Assembly: GCA_003209755.1 (NCBI GenBank)
Contig: QCPD01000009.1
Span: forward strand, 5,623-69,622
Direction of reading: 5' to 3'
Source of the DNA: Prochlorococcus sp. AG-436-C14
GTDB taxonomy: Bacteria; Cyanobacteriota; Cyanobacteriia; PCC-6307; Cyanobiaceae
DNA: 64,000 nucleotides
Shown here: in pieces, positions 30,222 to 41,694 of the stretch
Layout: each line of letters begins with the position of its first letter
Position numbering within the stretch: the first letter of the stretch is position 1
Position numbers and translations under genes: made by a program
The notes under the pieces: generated by a model
The model's input: the letters and a program-made list of their open reading frames with translations, nothing else
Told to the model about the DNA's origin: nothing
Database searches by the model: none

Positions 30222-31379
30222 TTATTTCCATGGTTCTTCTGAGCCGATTACCTCCTTAATATTTCGGAATCCGTGTTTTTCCATTTGCAGGGTTAATCCA
30301 TCTAAAATTTCTGGAACTAAATTTGGTCCCTCAAATATCCAACTTGTATACACTTGAACCAGTGATGCCCCAGCGGCAATTCTTTCCCATGCTGTTTGTG
30401 CCGAACTGATTCCGCCTACACCAATAAGCGGTAAAGCATTCTTAGTACTATTTCTAAGCCTTCTAATAACTTCCAGTCCTCTTTTCTCTAAAGGAAGCCC
30501 ACTTAAGCCTCCATTCTCTTGCTCTAAAGTTTTTCCAGTTTTGATTCTTAGGTTTTTTAGATTAAATCTATTTAAGCTTGTATTGATTGCAATTATTCCA
30601 TCAATACCATTCTCAATTGCAACTCTCGCGATTTCATCAATTTCTTCATTTGACAGATCTGGAGCAATTTTCACAAGCAAAGGAGGACAATTGGATAAAT
30701 CTTTTAGCGTGAGGATTAAATTTTTTAGTTGTTTTGTTCCTTGTAATGAGCGAAGGCCTGGGGTATTCGGCGAACTAACATTGATAACTGCATAGTCTGA
30801 TAAAGGAGCCAATAGTCTTAAAGATAGAAAATAATCTTTATGGGCTTCATCAAAAGGTGTGATTTTTGATTTTCCTAAATTTATTCCCAGGACACACGGT
30901 CTTTGCCCTGGAGAAGGTATTTTTTGTTTTTCTATAGTGCTTAAGAATTTTTCTGCGCCTTCATTATTAAATCCCATTCGATTTAGTGCAGCTTTTTCTT
31001 TTGCAATTCTGAAAAGTCTAGGTTTTGGATTACCTTTTTGGGCATGCCAAGTAATGGTTCCTAATTCGGCGAAACCAAATCCAAAATAATTCCAGAGACC
31101 AGCTCCTACACCATTTTTATCAAATCCAGCAGCAAGTCCTATAGGGTTTTTAAAGTGTGAGCCAAAGATAATTTGATTTAAGCTTGAATTGTTTCTTTGA
31201 AAATCACTTGATGCTTTTAAAAGGAAATTAGAAATTATTGGAAAATTTCTATTTAAAGACGCGAATTTAATGGCATTAAGGGCTGAATTAGTAAGTATTT
31301 CTGCATCAATCCCCTCGTCTTGAGAAAGAAGGTGCCCAAGCAGAATATTGTATAAGTCGTTTTTTTTATTCTTTGACAA
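30222..31379 (-). CDS. pyrD: Dihydroorotate dehydrogenase (quinone), class 2
   Basis: 385 aa. [27 protein letters not shown], and GVGGI motifs. Confidence 0.9.
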   Translation of the reverse strand: MSKNKKNDLYNILLGHLLSQDEGIDAEILTNSALNAIKFASLNRNFPIISNFLLKASSDFQRNNSSLNQIIFGSHFKNPIGLAAGFDKNGVGAGLWNYFGFGFAELGTITWHAQKGNPKPRLFRIAKEKAALNRMGFNNEGAEKFLSTIEKQKIPSPGQRPCVLGINLGKSKITPFDEAHKDYFLSLRLLAPLSDYAVINVSSPNTPGLRSLQGTKQLKNLILTLKDLSNCPPLLVKIAPDLSNEEIDEIARVAIENGIDGIIAINTSLNRFNLKNLRIKTGKTLEQENGGLSGLPLEKRGLEVIRRLRNSTKNALPLIGVGGISSAQTAWERIAAGASLVQVYTSWIFEGPNLVPEILDGLTLQMEKHGFRNIKEVIGSEEPWK

Positions 31380-31851
31380 AATCTTTTAGTTGTATTTTTC
31401 GACCTTTTGAAAAAGCTACAGCAATGGCGTCAACTCTATCATTATCCTTTTCTCCGCTGTGTCCTTTGACATATTGAAGTTTGATTTTTGGTAGTTCAGG
31501 GTGGTCAAGAGCTTTCCATAAATCTTGATTGAGAACTTTTTTACCAGATGCAGTTTTCCATCCTTTCTTTTTCCAATTCGATATCCATTTTTCCATTCCA
31601 TCAATTAAATATTTGCTATCAGTTTTTATGGTTAATGAAGGGTGAAATTTTATTTTTTTTAATTTTTCAAGAACAAATAATGCAGCTTGTAATTCCATGC
31701 GATTATTTGTTGTCTCAGGACTGAAACCTCCAAATTCAACTTCACTTCCATCCTGGAATCTAATTAATGCTCCCCAGCCTCCTGGACCAGGGTTACCACT
31801 ACATGCACCATCAGTTGCTGCAGCAATAGCTAATTTTTCTTCTTTAGACAT
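31366..31851 (-). CDS. rnhA: Ribonuclease HI
   Basis: 161 aa. [28 protein letters not shown]...N..D motifs. The 3' end overlaps the pyrD start by 14 nt. Confidence 0.9.
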   Translation of the reverse strand: MSKEEKLAIAAATDGACSGNPGPGGWGALIRFQDGSEVEFGGFSPETTNNRMELQAALFVLEKLKKIKFHPSLTIKTDSKYLIDGMEKWISNWKKKGWKTASGKKVLNQDLWKALDHPELPKIKLQYVKGHSGEKDNDRVDAIAVAFSKGRKIQLKDFVKE

Positions 31852-31879
31852 AAAAAAACCGGTCTGAATAGACCGGTTT
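31852..31879 (-). terminator. Rho-independent terminator after rplL
   Basis: Minus strand reads AAACCGGTCT ATTC AGACCGGTTT followed by T7. The T-run ends immediately before the rnhA ATG. Confidence 0.85.
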
Positions 31880-31917
31880 CATATAAGCAGAAAACAGGTG
31901 TTTTTCCAGTAACGATT

Positions 31918-32313
31918 TTATTTTAAAGTTACTTTTCCACCAACAGCTTCTATTGCTTTCTTTAAAGCTTCAGCATCTTCTTTTGTTGCTCCTTCTTTTA
32001 TTGTTTTTGGAGCAGCCTCCACTAGCGCTTTGGCTTCGCCAAGGCCTAAGCCTGTGGCATTTCTAACTTCTTTAAGGACTTTGATTTTAGATGAAGCGTC
32101 AAAGCTTTCTAAAACTACCTCAAACTCAGTTTTTTCTTCGGCAGCATCAGCACCATCGCCACCACCAGCAGCTCCGGGAGCTGCCATGACAACGCCAGCA
32201 GATGCGGCAGCAGATACACCAAAAGCTTCTTCTATTTGCTTAACAAGCTCTGAAGCTTCAAGCAAAGAGAGGCTTTTTAATGAATCTAAGATTTCATCGG
32301 TTTTTGCAGACAT
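31918..32313 (-). CDS. rplL: 50S ribosomal protein L7/L12
   Basis: 131 aa. Ala/Gly hinge and conserved C-terminal domain (VIKEVR-like [22 protein letters not shown]). Confidence 0.97.
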   Translation of the reverse strand: MSAKTDEILDSLKSLSLLEASELVKQIEEAFGVSAAASAGVVMAAPGAAGGGDGADAAEEKTEFEVVLESFDASSKIKVLKEVRNATGLGLGEAKALVEAAPKTIKEGATKEDAEALKKAIEAVGGKVTLK

Positions 32314-32365
32314 GGTTTAAATCAGCAACTAAGTAAGTAGAAAACAAATTGTTAAACAAGGAGTA

Positions 32366-32893
32366 TCAGCTCTCGCCGCTCTCAGAATGATGTTTAAGAG
32401 ATCTCGCAAGTCCAGATGGTACCTCATTTATACCAATAGCGATTTTGCTTGTTATGGAATTCATTGCACCAGCAATTTGTGCCATAAGTGCTTCCTTGCT
32501 AGGAAGTTTTGCAATCGCTTTGATCTCATCTTGAGATAAAAGTTTGCCTTCGAAAAGACCTCCTTTAGTCTCAGACTTTTGAGTTTCCTTTTGAAATGCT
32601 TGTACAGCTTTAACAGCACTCCCAACATCTCCTTTGATTAATACAAAGGCGTTAGTTCCAGTAAGCAATGACTCCAAACCAGTCCAGGAATCTTTTCCTT
32701 TTATGGCTTGACGCATCAAGGTGTTTTTAGTGACCTTGCAGACGCCATCGCTTTTTTGCAATCTTGAGCGCAAGTCAGACATCTCTTTTGTGGATAAGCC
32801 CTTGTAATCAAGAACTAAAGCCATTTCAGAGTTATCTAGTAGACCCTCTATCGTTTCAACGATCTGTTTTTTGCTTTCCAGCGTGCGGCCCAT
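32366..32893 (-). CDS. rplJ: 50S ribosomal protein L10
   Basis: L10 similarity begins at [12 protein letters not shown] (ATG 32893). The 17 upstream codons of the ORF-track model (to 32944) look like leader sequence. Confidence 0.93.
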   Translation of the reverse strand: MGRTLESKKQIVETIEGLLDNSEMALVLDYKGLSTKEMSDLRSRLQKSDGVCKVTKNTLMRQAIKGKDSWTGLESLLTGTNAFVLIKGDVGSAVKAVQAFQKETQKSETKGGLFEGKLLSQDEIKAIAKLPSKEALMAQIAGAMNSITSKIAIGINEVPSGLARSLKHHSESGES

Positions 32894-33113
32894 AATAATT
32901 GGATCGAATCGGGGGAAGAACTGGACATACGGCCATATTCCCATTGGGAAATCGAGGCCGCTAATGATTCAATCCAAAAAGATAAAACCTTGCGTATGCC
33001 TCGGCGGGGATTAGAGATTCTCTTAAAAAAATTTTAATAGAATCAGACCTGCTGTCTTTGGCTGGGCGCATGCCCGTGTGGTTATACCACTTATCTAATT
33101 TACATCAACAGGG
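32894..33113 (-). promoter_or_regulatory. Structured 5' leader of rplJ-rplL (candidate L10/L12 autoregulatory leader)
   Basis: 220-nt gap, visibly more G+C-rich than other intergenic DNA here. Minus strand has hairpins GUGG-UAUAA-CCAC, GGGC-AUGC-GCCC and CGAGGC...GCCUCG. A UUCCC/GGGAA/UUCCC triplet allows alternative pairing. Confidence 0.4.
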
Positions 33114-33821
33114 TCACTTTTCTTTCTGCAAGTCTTGTAATTCGTTGATATCTACTTCTACTGATGGTCCCATGGTGGATGTAATAAAAAAGCTTCTCCA
33201 GAATTTTCCTTTTGCCCCGCTTGGTTTATTTTTTTCTATTGTTAATTGCAATGTCTTCAAATTTTCAAGAAGAGCCTCTTCCGAAAAACTTGCTTTACCA
33301 AATCGGACATGAACAATTCCTGCCTTATCTGCTCTAAATTCAAGTTTTCCTGCTTTAAATTCTTTAATAGCACCTGCTAAATCGGTTGTAACTGTTCCTG
33401 CTTTTGGATTAGGCATAAGCCCTCTAGGACCAAGCACTCTTCCAAGTTTTGCAACCTTGGGCATCATATCTGGAGTTGAAATTAGCAGGTCGAAGTTCAT
33501 TTCTCCTTTGTTAATCGAATCAACTAAATCTTCTTCTCCAGCCAAATCAGCACCTGCTTTAGTCGCCTCAGAAACTTTTTCTCCGCGCGTAACTACTGCT
33601 ATTCTAACTTTCTGGCCGGTACCACTTGGTAAGGCAACTGTCGTTCGTAGTTGCTGATCAGTATATTTTGGGTCAATTCCTAGTCTTATGTGAGCTTCAA
33701 TAGTCTCATCGAATTTTGCATTTGCATTCTCCTTGACTAGCTTTATTGCTTCAATTGGAGAATATGAACGCTCTTCCACTTTGGAAAGTAACGTTGTCAT
33801 TCTTTTAGAAAAATTTTTCAT
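33114..33821 (-). CDS. rplA: 50S ribosomal protein L1
   Basis: 235 aa with full-length L1 similarity ([22 protein letters not shown]). Confidence 0.97.
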   Translation of the reverse strand: MKNFSKRMTTLLSKVEERSYSPIEAIKLVKENANAKFDETIEAHIRLGIDPKYTDQQLRTTVALPSGTGQKVRIAVVTRGEKVSEATKAGADLAGEEDLVDSINKGEMNFDLLISTPDMMPKVAKLGRVLGPRGLMPNPKAGTVTTDLAGAIKEFKAGKLEFRADKAGIVHVRFGKASFSEEALLENLKTLQLTIEKNKPSGAKGKFWRSFFITSTMGPSVEVDINELQDLQKEK

Positions 33822-33890
33822 AATAAATTGGGGTCCATTCGACTTTGAGTCTCCCCCTTTAAGAGAACCTTTGATAATTTTACGATTTAA

Positions 33891-34316
33891 TCAGTCCTTT
33901 ATGGAAACCCCCATATTTTTGGCTGTCCCCTCAATCACTTTCATCGCTGATTGGATGCTGCTGCAATTTAGATCTGGAAGTTTTGTTTTAGCAATTTCTT
34001 CAAGTTGACTTTTACTGATTGAGCCAGCAGTTCCTTTGGCTGACTCGCCTGATCCTTTGGAAATTCCAGCTGCTTTAGTTATTAAAACCGAAGCAGGAGG
34101 AGTTTTTGTTATGAAAGTAAAACTTCTATCTTCGAAAACTGATATTTCTACAGGAATAACAAAGCCAGCTTTGTCTTGGGTGCGCGAATTGTATTCCTTA
34201 CAAAACGCCATTATGTTCACCCCATGTTGGCCAAGCGCAGGGCCAACGGGAGGAGCTGGGTTGGCTTTGCCAGCCTGTAAGGCTAACTTGATCAGGGCTA
34301 CTACTTTCTTTGCCAT
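33891..34316 (-). CDS. rplK: 50S ribosomal protein L11
   Basis: 141 aa. [34 protein letters not shown]. Confidence 0.97.
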   Translation of the reverse strand: MAKKVVALIKLALQAGKANPAPPVGPALGQHGVNIMAFCKEYNSRTQDKAGFVIPVEISVFEDRSFTFITKTPPASVLITKAAGISKGSGESAKGTAGSISKSQLEEIAKTKLPDLNCSSIQSAMKVIEGTAKNMGVSIKD

Positions 34317-34418
34317 CGGCTGTAAATTGAACTAATGCGGAAAATCTGAAACTAATCAGATGAATTATCTAATAAACTTAACTCCTAGACTGACCAGACA
34401 GCAAAAGGAAATTAAAAA

Positions 34419-35087
34419 TCAATTTTGTTTGGTTATTTGAGAAAATTCAAGTTCAACAGGAGTTTCTCTTCCGAAAATTGATAAAAGCGCCTTAAGCTTG
34501 TTTCTTTCTCCAGAAACTTCAATTACTTCTCCTTGGAAATCTTTAAAAGGACCTGAAGTAACAACAATCTGATCACCTTCTTCTACATCCAACTTCACAA
34601 CAGTTTTCTTCTCAGCTGCTCGCTTGAAAATTCTATTAACCTCCTGCCTGCTAAGAGGACGGGGTTTTATATGCCCTCGCGCTTTCCCAGTAGCTCTTCG
34701 GTCTTCTGCTCCAACAAAATTAATTACATTGGGAGTACTCCTGACTGCCATCATTGTGTCTTCATCTAAGACCATACGAACCAGCACATATCCAGGGAAT
34801 ACTTTTTCTTCTGTGGTCTGCCTACTACCATCTTTTTTTAGCTTAACTGCAGGTGTTTGAGGGATTTCTATCTCTATGATTCTGTCACTAACACCAAGAG
34901 TGATAGCTCTTTGTTCAAGTGTCGCTTTTACCTTCTTTTCGCAACTGGATGCAACTTGAATAGCATACCAGCGAGCAATATTTGTCTTTATTGTTTGGTT
35001 TGCAAAATGTGATTGATCATCCTCAATTGCCTCAGATCTATCAATTATTTTTGAATCTTTAGTAGAGGAGGTTTCAATATCTGACAC
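34419..35087 (-). CDS. nusG: Transcription termination/antitermination factor NusG
   Basis: 222 aa. WYAIQV NGN domain start after an N-terminal extension of about 38 aa, and C-terminal KOW (GPFKDFQGEV). Confidence 0.93.
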   Translation of the reverse strand: MSDIETSSTKDSKIIDRSEAIEDDQSHFANQTIKTNIARWYAIQVASSCEKKVKATLEQRAITLGVSDRIIEIEIPQTPAVKLKKDGSRQTTEEKVFPGYVLVRMVLDEDTMMAVRSTPNVINFVGAEDRRATGKARGHIKPRPLSRQEVNRIFKRAAEKKTVVKLDVEEGDQIVVTSGPFKDFQGEVIEVSGERNKLKALLSIFGRETPVELEFSQITKQN

Positions 35088-35129
35088 TGGAAAAAATTGT
35101 GAGTGGTTTGAAAATTTAGATTAATGAAC

Positions 35130-35372
35130 TCAGCGGAATACCTGAGTAGAGGCCCATCCATAAAAACGGCTTACCGCTGCGATTGATACTGCTGATAAAG
35201 TGACCATTAAAATCACAGCAACAGATTCACTGAAAAGCTGCTGGCGTGAAGGCCATACAACAAGTTTCATTTCATCAATTGTAGAGGATAAAAAACTTTT
35301 TTTTAAGGCAGACTTTTCCTTTTTTGTAGGACTTACCTTTTCTTGATCCTCTTTAGAGGTTGGACTTGTCAC
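35130..35372 (-). CDS. secE: Preprotein translocase subunit SecE
   Basis: 80 aa. EMKLVVWPSRQQL followed by a single TM helix. Canonical position upstream of nusG. Confidence 0.8.
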   Translation of the reverse strand: MTSPTSKEDQEKVSPTKKEKSALKKSFLSSTIDEMKLVVWPSRQQLFSESVAVILMVTLSAVSIAAVSRFYGWASTQVFR

Positions 35373-35444
35373 TTTGGAAAGATTAATAGGAAGGTACTTT
35401 TAAGAAGAATGGCTGTAAACCTAGAGTAACTTATGTTTGATAGA

Positions 35445-38210
35445 TTAGTTATCAATTAAAAAAAGAAGTTTTTTAGACTCATCATCTTTAGTTTCAACCC
35501 TTATAGATCTGGCATCTTCAAAAGCCTCCTCTAATATTTGTGTTGCCAGTGGGTTTTCTAATCTTCTTCGAATCACTCTTCTTAGCGGTCTGGCGCCATA
35601 TTCAGGTTCATAGCCTTCATCAGCAAGAGTTTTAATGGTGTTTTCGTCAACATAAAGATCTAAACCTTGGTGCTTGAGAAGCTTCTTTAACTCTTCAAGT
35701 TGAAGTCGCACTATTTTTTCTAAACTTTCAGGTTTTAATGGATTAAATCTTATTACTTCATCAATGCGGTTCAAGAATTCTGGCCGAAAATGTTTTGTTA
35801 GAGCTTCGTTGATTTTTTGATTTAATTCTTGTGAAAGAATATTTTTATTTGAATTTCCGCTTTGAACTTGTAGTGAATTATTTAAGATTGCTTTGCTAGC
35901 AAGATTGCTTGTCATAACAATAACTGTATTTCTAAAATCTACCGTCCGGCCTTGAGAGTCGGTGAGTCTTCCATCATCAAGTACTTGTAAAAGGATGTTG
36001 AAAACTTCTTGATGAGCTTTTTCAATCTCATCAAGGAGCAAAACTGCATAAGGTCTTTTTCTAATTGCCTCTGTTAATTGCCCACCTTCTTCGTAACCAA
36101 CGTATCCAGGAGGTGCGCCTAAAAGTCTTGAAACAGCATTTCTCTCCATATATTCACTCATATCAAGTCTCAATAAAGCGTCCTCTTCATCAAATAAAGA
36201 ACTTGCTAGTGATCTAGCAAGTTCAGTCTTCCCAACACCTGTAGGCCCTAAAAAAAGAAAGGATCCAATGGGTCTTCTTATGTCCTGCATCCCAGCTCTT
36301 GCTCTACGAATTGCTGCTGAGACTGCTTGAACTGCATTTAATTGACCAATAACTTTTTTCTCTAAGTCTTGTTCTAAATTTAAAAGTTTTTCTCTTTCAC
36401 CTGATAAAACTTTTCTAACAGGAATTCCTGTCCATCTTGAGACAACATCAGCTATGTCTTCTGGGGTGACTTGGTCTACTAGTAAGGAATTGCCACACTC
36501 ATTATCTTCTTGAACAGAAGCTTTTATTTCTTTTATTCTTTCTTTGATTTGATAAAGTTGTTCATATTTAAGTCTTTCTACTTCTTCAATATCACAGGAG
36601 ATTTCAGCTTCTTTTATTAAATTTTTTACTTCTTCACAGCTTATTTTTAATTCTTGTAATTCAGCTGATTTATTAATCTGGTCTTGCCATTTTTGTTTGA
36701 TCTCAGCTAGCTCAAAGATTAGCAATTCTTTCTTTTCTTCAAGATTATTTATTGTCTCTAATGTTGTCTCTTTGTCCGCATTTAGGATTGACGACTCTAA
36801 CAGATTAATCTGATATTCTTTCTCTTCAATGATTTTTGGTTTTGATGCAGATTCGATTTTTACTTGAGCTGAAGCCTCATCAATTAAGTCAATAGCTTTG
36901 TCTGGTAGGCATCTATCACTTATATATCTATGAGATAAACGATTTGCTGTAATTAGTGCTTCATCACTGATAGTTACTCCATGGTGAAACTCATAATTTT
37001 CTTTAAGTCCTTTTAGAATTTCTAAGCTCAAATCTAATCCAGGTTCTTTTATTAATACTTTCTGAAACCGTCTATTAAGGGCTAGGTCTTTTTCAATCGT
37101 ACGTCTATAATTATCCGCAGTTGTTGCGCCAATACATCGTAAATCCCCGCTAGCTAGTAATGGTTTTAATAGACTTCCAGCATCAGTGTTTGATCTGTCT
37201 TTGCTTGCAATTGTGTGTAATTCGTCTATGAATAGTATTACTCCTCTTTCACTATTGCTGATTTCACTTAGCAATGATCTAAATCGCTCTTCAAATTGCC
37301 CTCGGAATTTAGCTCCAGCTATTAATGCACCGATATCAAGTGAAATTAGTCTCAAGCCCTGAAGAGAATCAGGGATTTCATTAGCTATTATTTTTTGAGC
37401 TAATAATTCTGCAATTGCTGTTTTCCCTACACCTGGAGCCCCAATTAGAACTGGATTGTTTTTGCCTCTTCGAGATAAAACTTTTGTAATTGCTTTTATT
37501 TCTGACTCTCTGCCAATCACAGGGTCTAATGTTCCATTCTCAGCTTCGTCCGTAAGATCTTTACAGTATAAATCCAATGCACTTGGTGTTTCATTAAGAT
37601 TTAAGGATTCTTGTCTTGATGTGGTCTCTTCTTTTTTGACAGGAGGAAGTGGCTCGGGGGCAAGATTTTTTGATGTTTTATTAATAGATACAGAAGCCTT
37701 AGAATCTTTTTGTGTTCTATCTTCTTTTTGCTGCGTTGCAATTCTTTTTGATTGTTTAAATGATTTGGGTGCTGGTAGTCGTCTCAATTCTGCTTCAAGA
37801 ATTTCACTAGGAAGCCCAGCTTGATAAAAAAGATCTTCTCCTAAGCGATTGTCTCTACCGATTGCGATAAGGATATGAGATATCTCTATTTGATTAGATC
37901 CCCATCGAGAGCGAAAATCATCAGCTGTTTCAAGAAGAATTTCTAAATCTTCTCCAATAAATAAATCTGATTGGTTTGTTATTGGGAGTTCAGCGATAAA
38001 GTTTTCTAAAATTTCATTTATTTCTTCATGATTTACAGATAAGGAATTTGTATATTTCTGAAATTTTTTATTTCTAAAAAGTACTTGAATAAGATGTTCA
38101 ACATCTAAATTTTGATGTCGCCACCTCCTTGCTGATTGTTCAGCTATTAGTAAAAGACTCCAAGCTTCATCGCTAAAAGAATCGGGTTCTGTTGTTAGAC
38201 TTCCATTCAT
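35445..38210 (-). CDS. clpB: ClpB-type Hsp100 AAA+ chaperone (paralog with extended N-domain/NBD1 linker)
   Basis: 921 aa. Clp N-domain repeats, NBD1 Walker A GAPGVGKTAIAE and Walker B ILFIDELH, long coiled-coil M domain, NBD2 GPTGVGKTELAR and LLLDEIEKAH. Confidence 0.9.
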   Translation of the reverse strand: MNGSLTTEPDSFSDEAWSLLLIAEQSARRWRHQNLDVEHLIQVLFRNKKFQKYTNSLSVNHEEINEILENFIAELPITNQSDLFIGEDLEILLETADDFRSRWGSNQIEISHILIAIGRDNRLGEDLFYQAGLPSEILEAELRRLPAPKSFKQSKRIATQQKEDRTQKDSKASVSINKTSKNLAPEPLPPVKKEETTSRQESLNLNETPSALDLYCKDLTDEAENGTLDPVIGRESEIKAITKVLSRRGKNNPVLIGAPGVGKTAIAELLAQKIIANEIPDSLQGLRLISLDIGALIAGAKFRGQFEERFRSLLSEISNSERGVILFIDELHTIASKDRSNTDAGSLLKPLLASGDLRCIGATTADNYRRTIEKDLALNRRFQKVLIKEPGLDLSLEILKGLKENYEFHHGVTISDEALITANRLSHRYISDRCLPDKAIDLIDEASAQVKIESASKPKIIEEKEYQINLLESSILNADKETTLETINNLEEKKELLIFELAEIKQKWQDQINKSAELQELKISCEEVKNLIKEAEISCDIEEVERLKYEQLYQIKERIKEIKASVQEDNECGNSLLVDQVTPEDIADVVSRWTGIPVRKVLSGEREKLLNLEQDLEKKVIGQLNAVQAVSAAIRRARAGMQDIRRPIGSFLFLGPTGVGKTELARSLASSLFDEEDALLRLDMSEYMERNAVSRLLGAPPGYVGYEEGGQLTEAIRKRPYAVLLLDEIEKAHQEVFNILLQVLDDGRLTDSQGRTVDFRNTVIVMTSNLASKAILNNSLQVQSGNSNKNILSQELNQKINEALTKHFRPEFLNRIDEVIRFNPLKPESLEKIVRLQLEELKKLLKHQGLDLYVDENTIKTLADEGYEPEYGARPLRRVIRRRLENPLATQILEEAFEDARSIRVETKDDESKKLLFLIDN

Positions 38211-38367
38211 TTTCGATCAATGTTGATTCAAAGTGTTCATTTGCCTTCTGGATTTTGATTGAGACCTGTTTATCGATACGTGTATTTCTTGTTAAGACGA
38301 ATTTGATTGATTAGGTCTTGGAAAGCAAGCTAGATTAGCAATTCAGGAACATATAGGAATAATGTAG

Positions 38368-39699
<1,332 letters not shown>

Positions 39700-39718
39700 T
39701 TGTCACTATTTAAAGCCT

Positions 39719-41386
39719 TTATCTTCCTTGAAAATTATCTAAACGACTTTCTCCTCTCATTTTGAATTTTAATTTAATCCAGCTTAGAGCTATTGGAAAT
39801 CCAATAGTTACTGGTATGAGAAATAAAAAAGGTCTATTAGTTGAAGCGAGTAAGGCTGAGGATATAGCAAGTGAGCCAAGAAGAACAGAATTCCCTAATG
39901 ATTGTTGAGCATTAATCATTCTTCTTAGTTGTCTGTCCGATTCACCCATTCTCACTTGAAGTTGCAAGTCACCTTGTTCTAGCCTCTCAAGATTTTCATC
40001 CAGGCGTTTTGGCAGCCCAACAGCTTTACTGCCTATTTCAGTAACTTGTCTTCCTAATTCATTAAATAAGTCATTAGAGTCTGGATTTTTTGAAGTCATT
40101 AGAGGGAGAAGGAAGGGTTTTGCTATCGCTATTAAGTTAAATTCTGGGTCTAAATATCTTCCAACTCCTTCAAAAGTTGATAATGCTCTAAAAACAAAAA
40201 TCAACTCAATTGGTATTCTAAAGGGTTTGCCATAAGCCAGTTCAGATATATCCCCAGAGAGCTTTTCTATAATTTGAGAATTAAATGGAGGAGTGAGAGC
40301 TTCATTTAACATTATTCTTATTAATCTTCTGACTGGACCTATTTCGACATCTTTTTCTATTAATCCAGCGATTTGAAGTTCTTTGACTAGCCCTCTAACA
40401 TCTCTCAGCGCTGCCGCTTTGATCATTGAATTGAGCCTGCCTCTAATACGCTCAGAGACAAAACCCATCATCCCAAAATCGTAGTAAATAAGTGAACCAT
40501 CCTTTGAAACAGCAAGATTTCCTGGATGAGGATCAGCATGGAAAAAACCGTAATTAACTAATTGTTTCAAATAACTTGTAGCTCCAATCTTTGCTATTAA
40601 AGAAGTATCAATATCATTATTCCTTAGAGATTTAATGTCATTTATTTTGATTCCTGGTAAATACTCCAAACATAAAACTTTACTGGTGCTTAAATCCCAA
40701 AATACACTCGGGATTGAAATATCCGAGTCATCTATGAATTGTTGTTTAAATCTTGCAGCATATTGAGCTTCAATTCGAAAATCTAGCTCTCTGAGTAATA
40801 CTCTCTTAGACTCCTTGGCAATACCTACCCAGTCATTACCTCGACTTAGAGATTTTATTCTTTGCACTACTTTTGCAACTTGATTCATTACATCTAGGTC
40901 AAGCCTAAAAAATTTTTCTATATCAGGTCTTTGAACTTTGAAAATAACATTTTTTTTATTAAATAACTTAGCCTTATGAACTTGAGCAAGAGAGGCTGAA
41001 CCAATTGGAATTTCATTAATACTTATAATTTTTTCATATGAATTTCCAAGTTGTTTTTTTAATATATCTTGAACTTTTTCGAATGCAAAAGGTGGAACTC
41101 TATCTTGTAGAGAGGTTAGCTCATTCACCCATGCCGATGGAATAACATCAGCTCTTGCAGATAGAAGTTGGCCTAATTTTATAAATGCAGACCCTAGATT
41201 AACTAATTCTTTTGTAAGCCATTTAGCTCTTAAAGTATTTCTTTTTTCTCTTCTTTTAGGGTTATATCCTTTTAAATAAGTCCATTTTTTTGAATCAAAC
41301 CATAAATAGAAAAGTAAACCTAATAATATTATCCAAATCCTAAGGACTCTGCCAAATCTTTGAAGTTGACTAGCTAGAAATATCAA
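39719..41386 (-). CDS. ABC1/UbiB-family atypical kinase
   Basis: 555 aa. ABC1 signatures (GSAFIKLGQLLSARADVIP, ASLAQVHKA, FFHADPHPGNL) and C-terminal TM segments. TTG start overlaps the stop of the upstream ORF (TTGA). Confidence 0.88.
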   Translation of the reverse strand: MIFLASQLQRFGRVLRIWIILLGLLFYLWFDSKKWTYLKGYNPKRREKRNTLRAKWLTKELVNLGSAFIKLGQLLSARADVIPSAWVNELTSLQDRVPPFAFEKVQDILKKQLGNSYEKIISINEIPIGSASLAQVHKAKLFNKKNVIFKVQRPDIEKFFRLDLDVMNQVAKVVQRIKSLSRGNDWVGIAKESKRVLLRELDFRIEAQYAARFKQQFIDDSDISIPSVFWDLSTSKVLCLEYLPGIKINDIKSLRNNDIDTSLIAKIGATSYLKQLVNYGFFHADPHPGNLAVSKDGSLIYYDFGMMGFVSERIRGRLNSMIKAAALRDVRGLVKELQIAGLIEKDVEIGPVRRLIRIMLNEALTPPFNSQIIEKLSGDISELAYGKPFRIPIELIFVFRALSTFEGVGRYLDPEFNLIAIAKPFLLPLMTSKNPDSNDLFNELGRQVTEIGSKAVGLPKRLDENLERLEQGDLQLQVRMGESDRQLRRMINAQQSLGNSVLLGSLAISSALLASTNRPFLFLIPVTIGFPIALSWIKLKFKMRGESRLDNFQGR

Positions 41387-41694
41387 TTTTTCCCCTCAAT
41401 ATCTTTATTAATATCGATAACCTTTAATCTGAGACTATCTATTTGAATTTGAATTAAATCTTCTTTACTTAATTGTTCCTTAGAACTTTTTTCTTTTGAT
41501 GAGTTAGTCTTTTTTTCTAGACGTTCAGATTCTTCAATAACCTCTTCTTTAAAGCTAGACCATTCATTTTGGAGCTTTTGAGGTAATTCTTCAGCGATTT
41601 CAGTGAATTCTTGGGCAGAATTGATCACTTTCTCAGTTATTCTGGCTGCTATTCGGTTTATAGCTGCTTTTAGCAGTATTTCTGAGTCGCTCAA
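41383..41694 (-). CDS. Hypothetical acidic coiled-coil protein
   Basis: 103 aa, TTG start, E/K/S-rich heptad-like sequence. Appears translationally coupled to the ABC1 kinase gene. No recognisable motif. Confidence 0.55.
   Translation of the reverse strand: MSDSEILLKAAINRIAARITEKVINSAQEFTEIAEELPQKLQNEWSSFKEEVIEESERLEKKTNSSKEKSSKEQLSKEDLIQIQIDSLRLKVIDINKDIEGKN

Noticed and set aside
32894-32944. 17-codon N-terminal extension of rplJ ([17 protein letters not shown])
   Set aside because: L10 orthologs begin at MGRTLE…. The extension overlaps the hairpins of the leader and is more likely untranslated.
34317-34418. Possible L1-binding autoregulatory site in the rplK leader
   Set aside because: I could not recognise the 23S-mimic L1 motif by eye in this 102-nt spacer. 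A covariance-model search is needed before any call.
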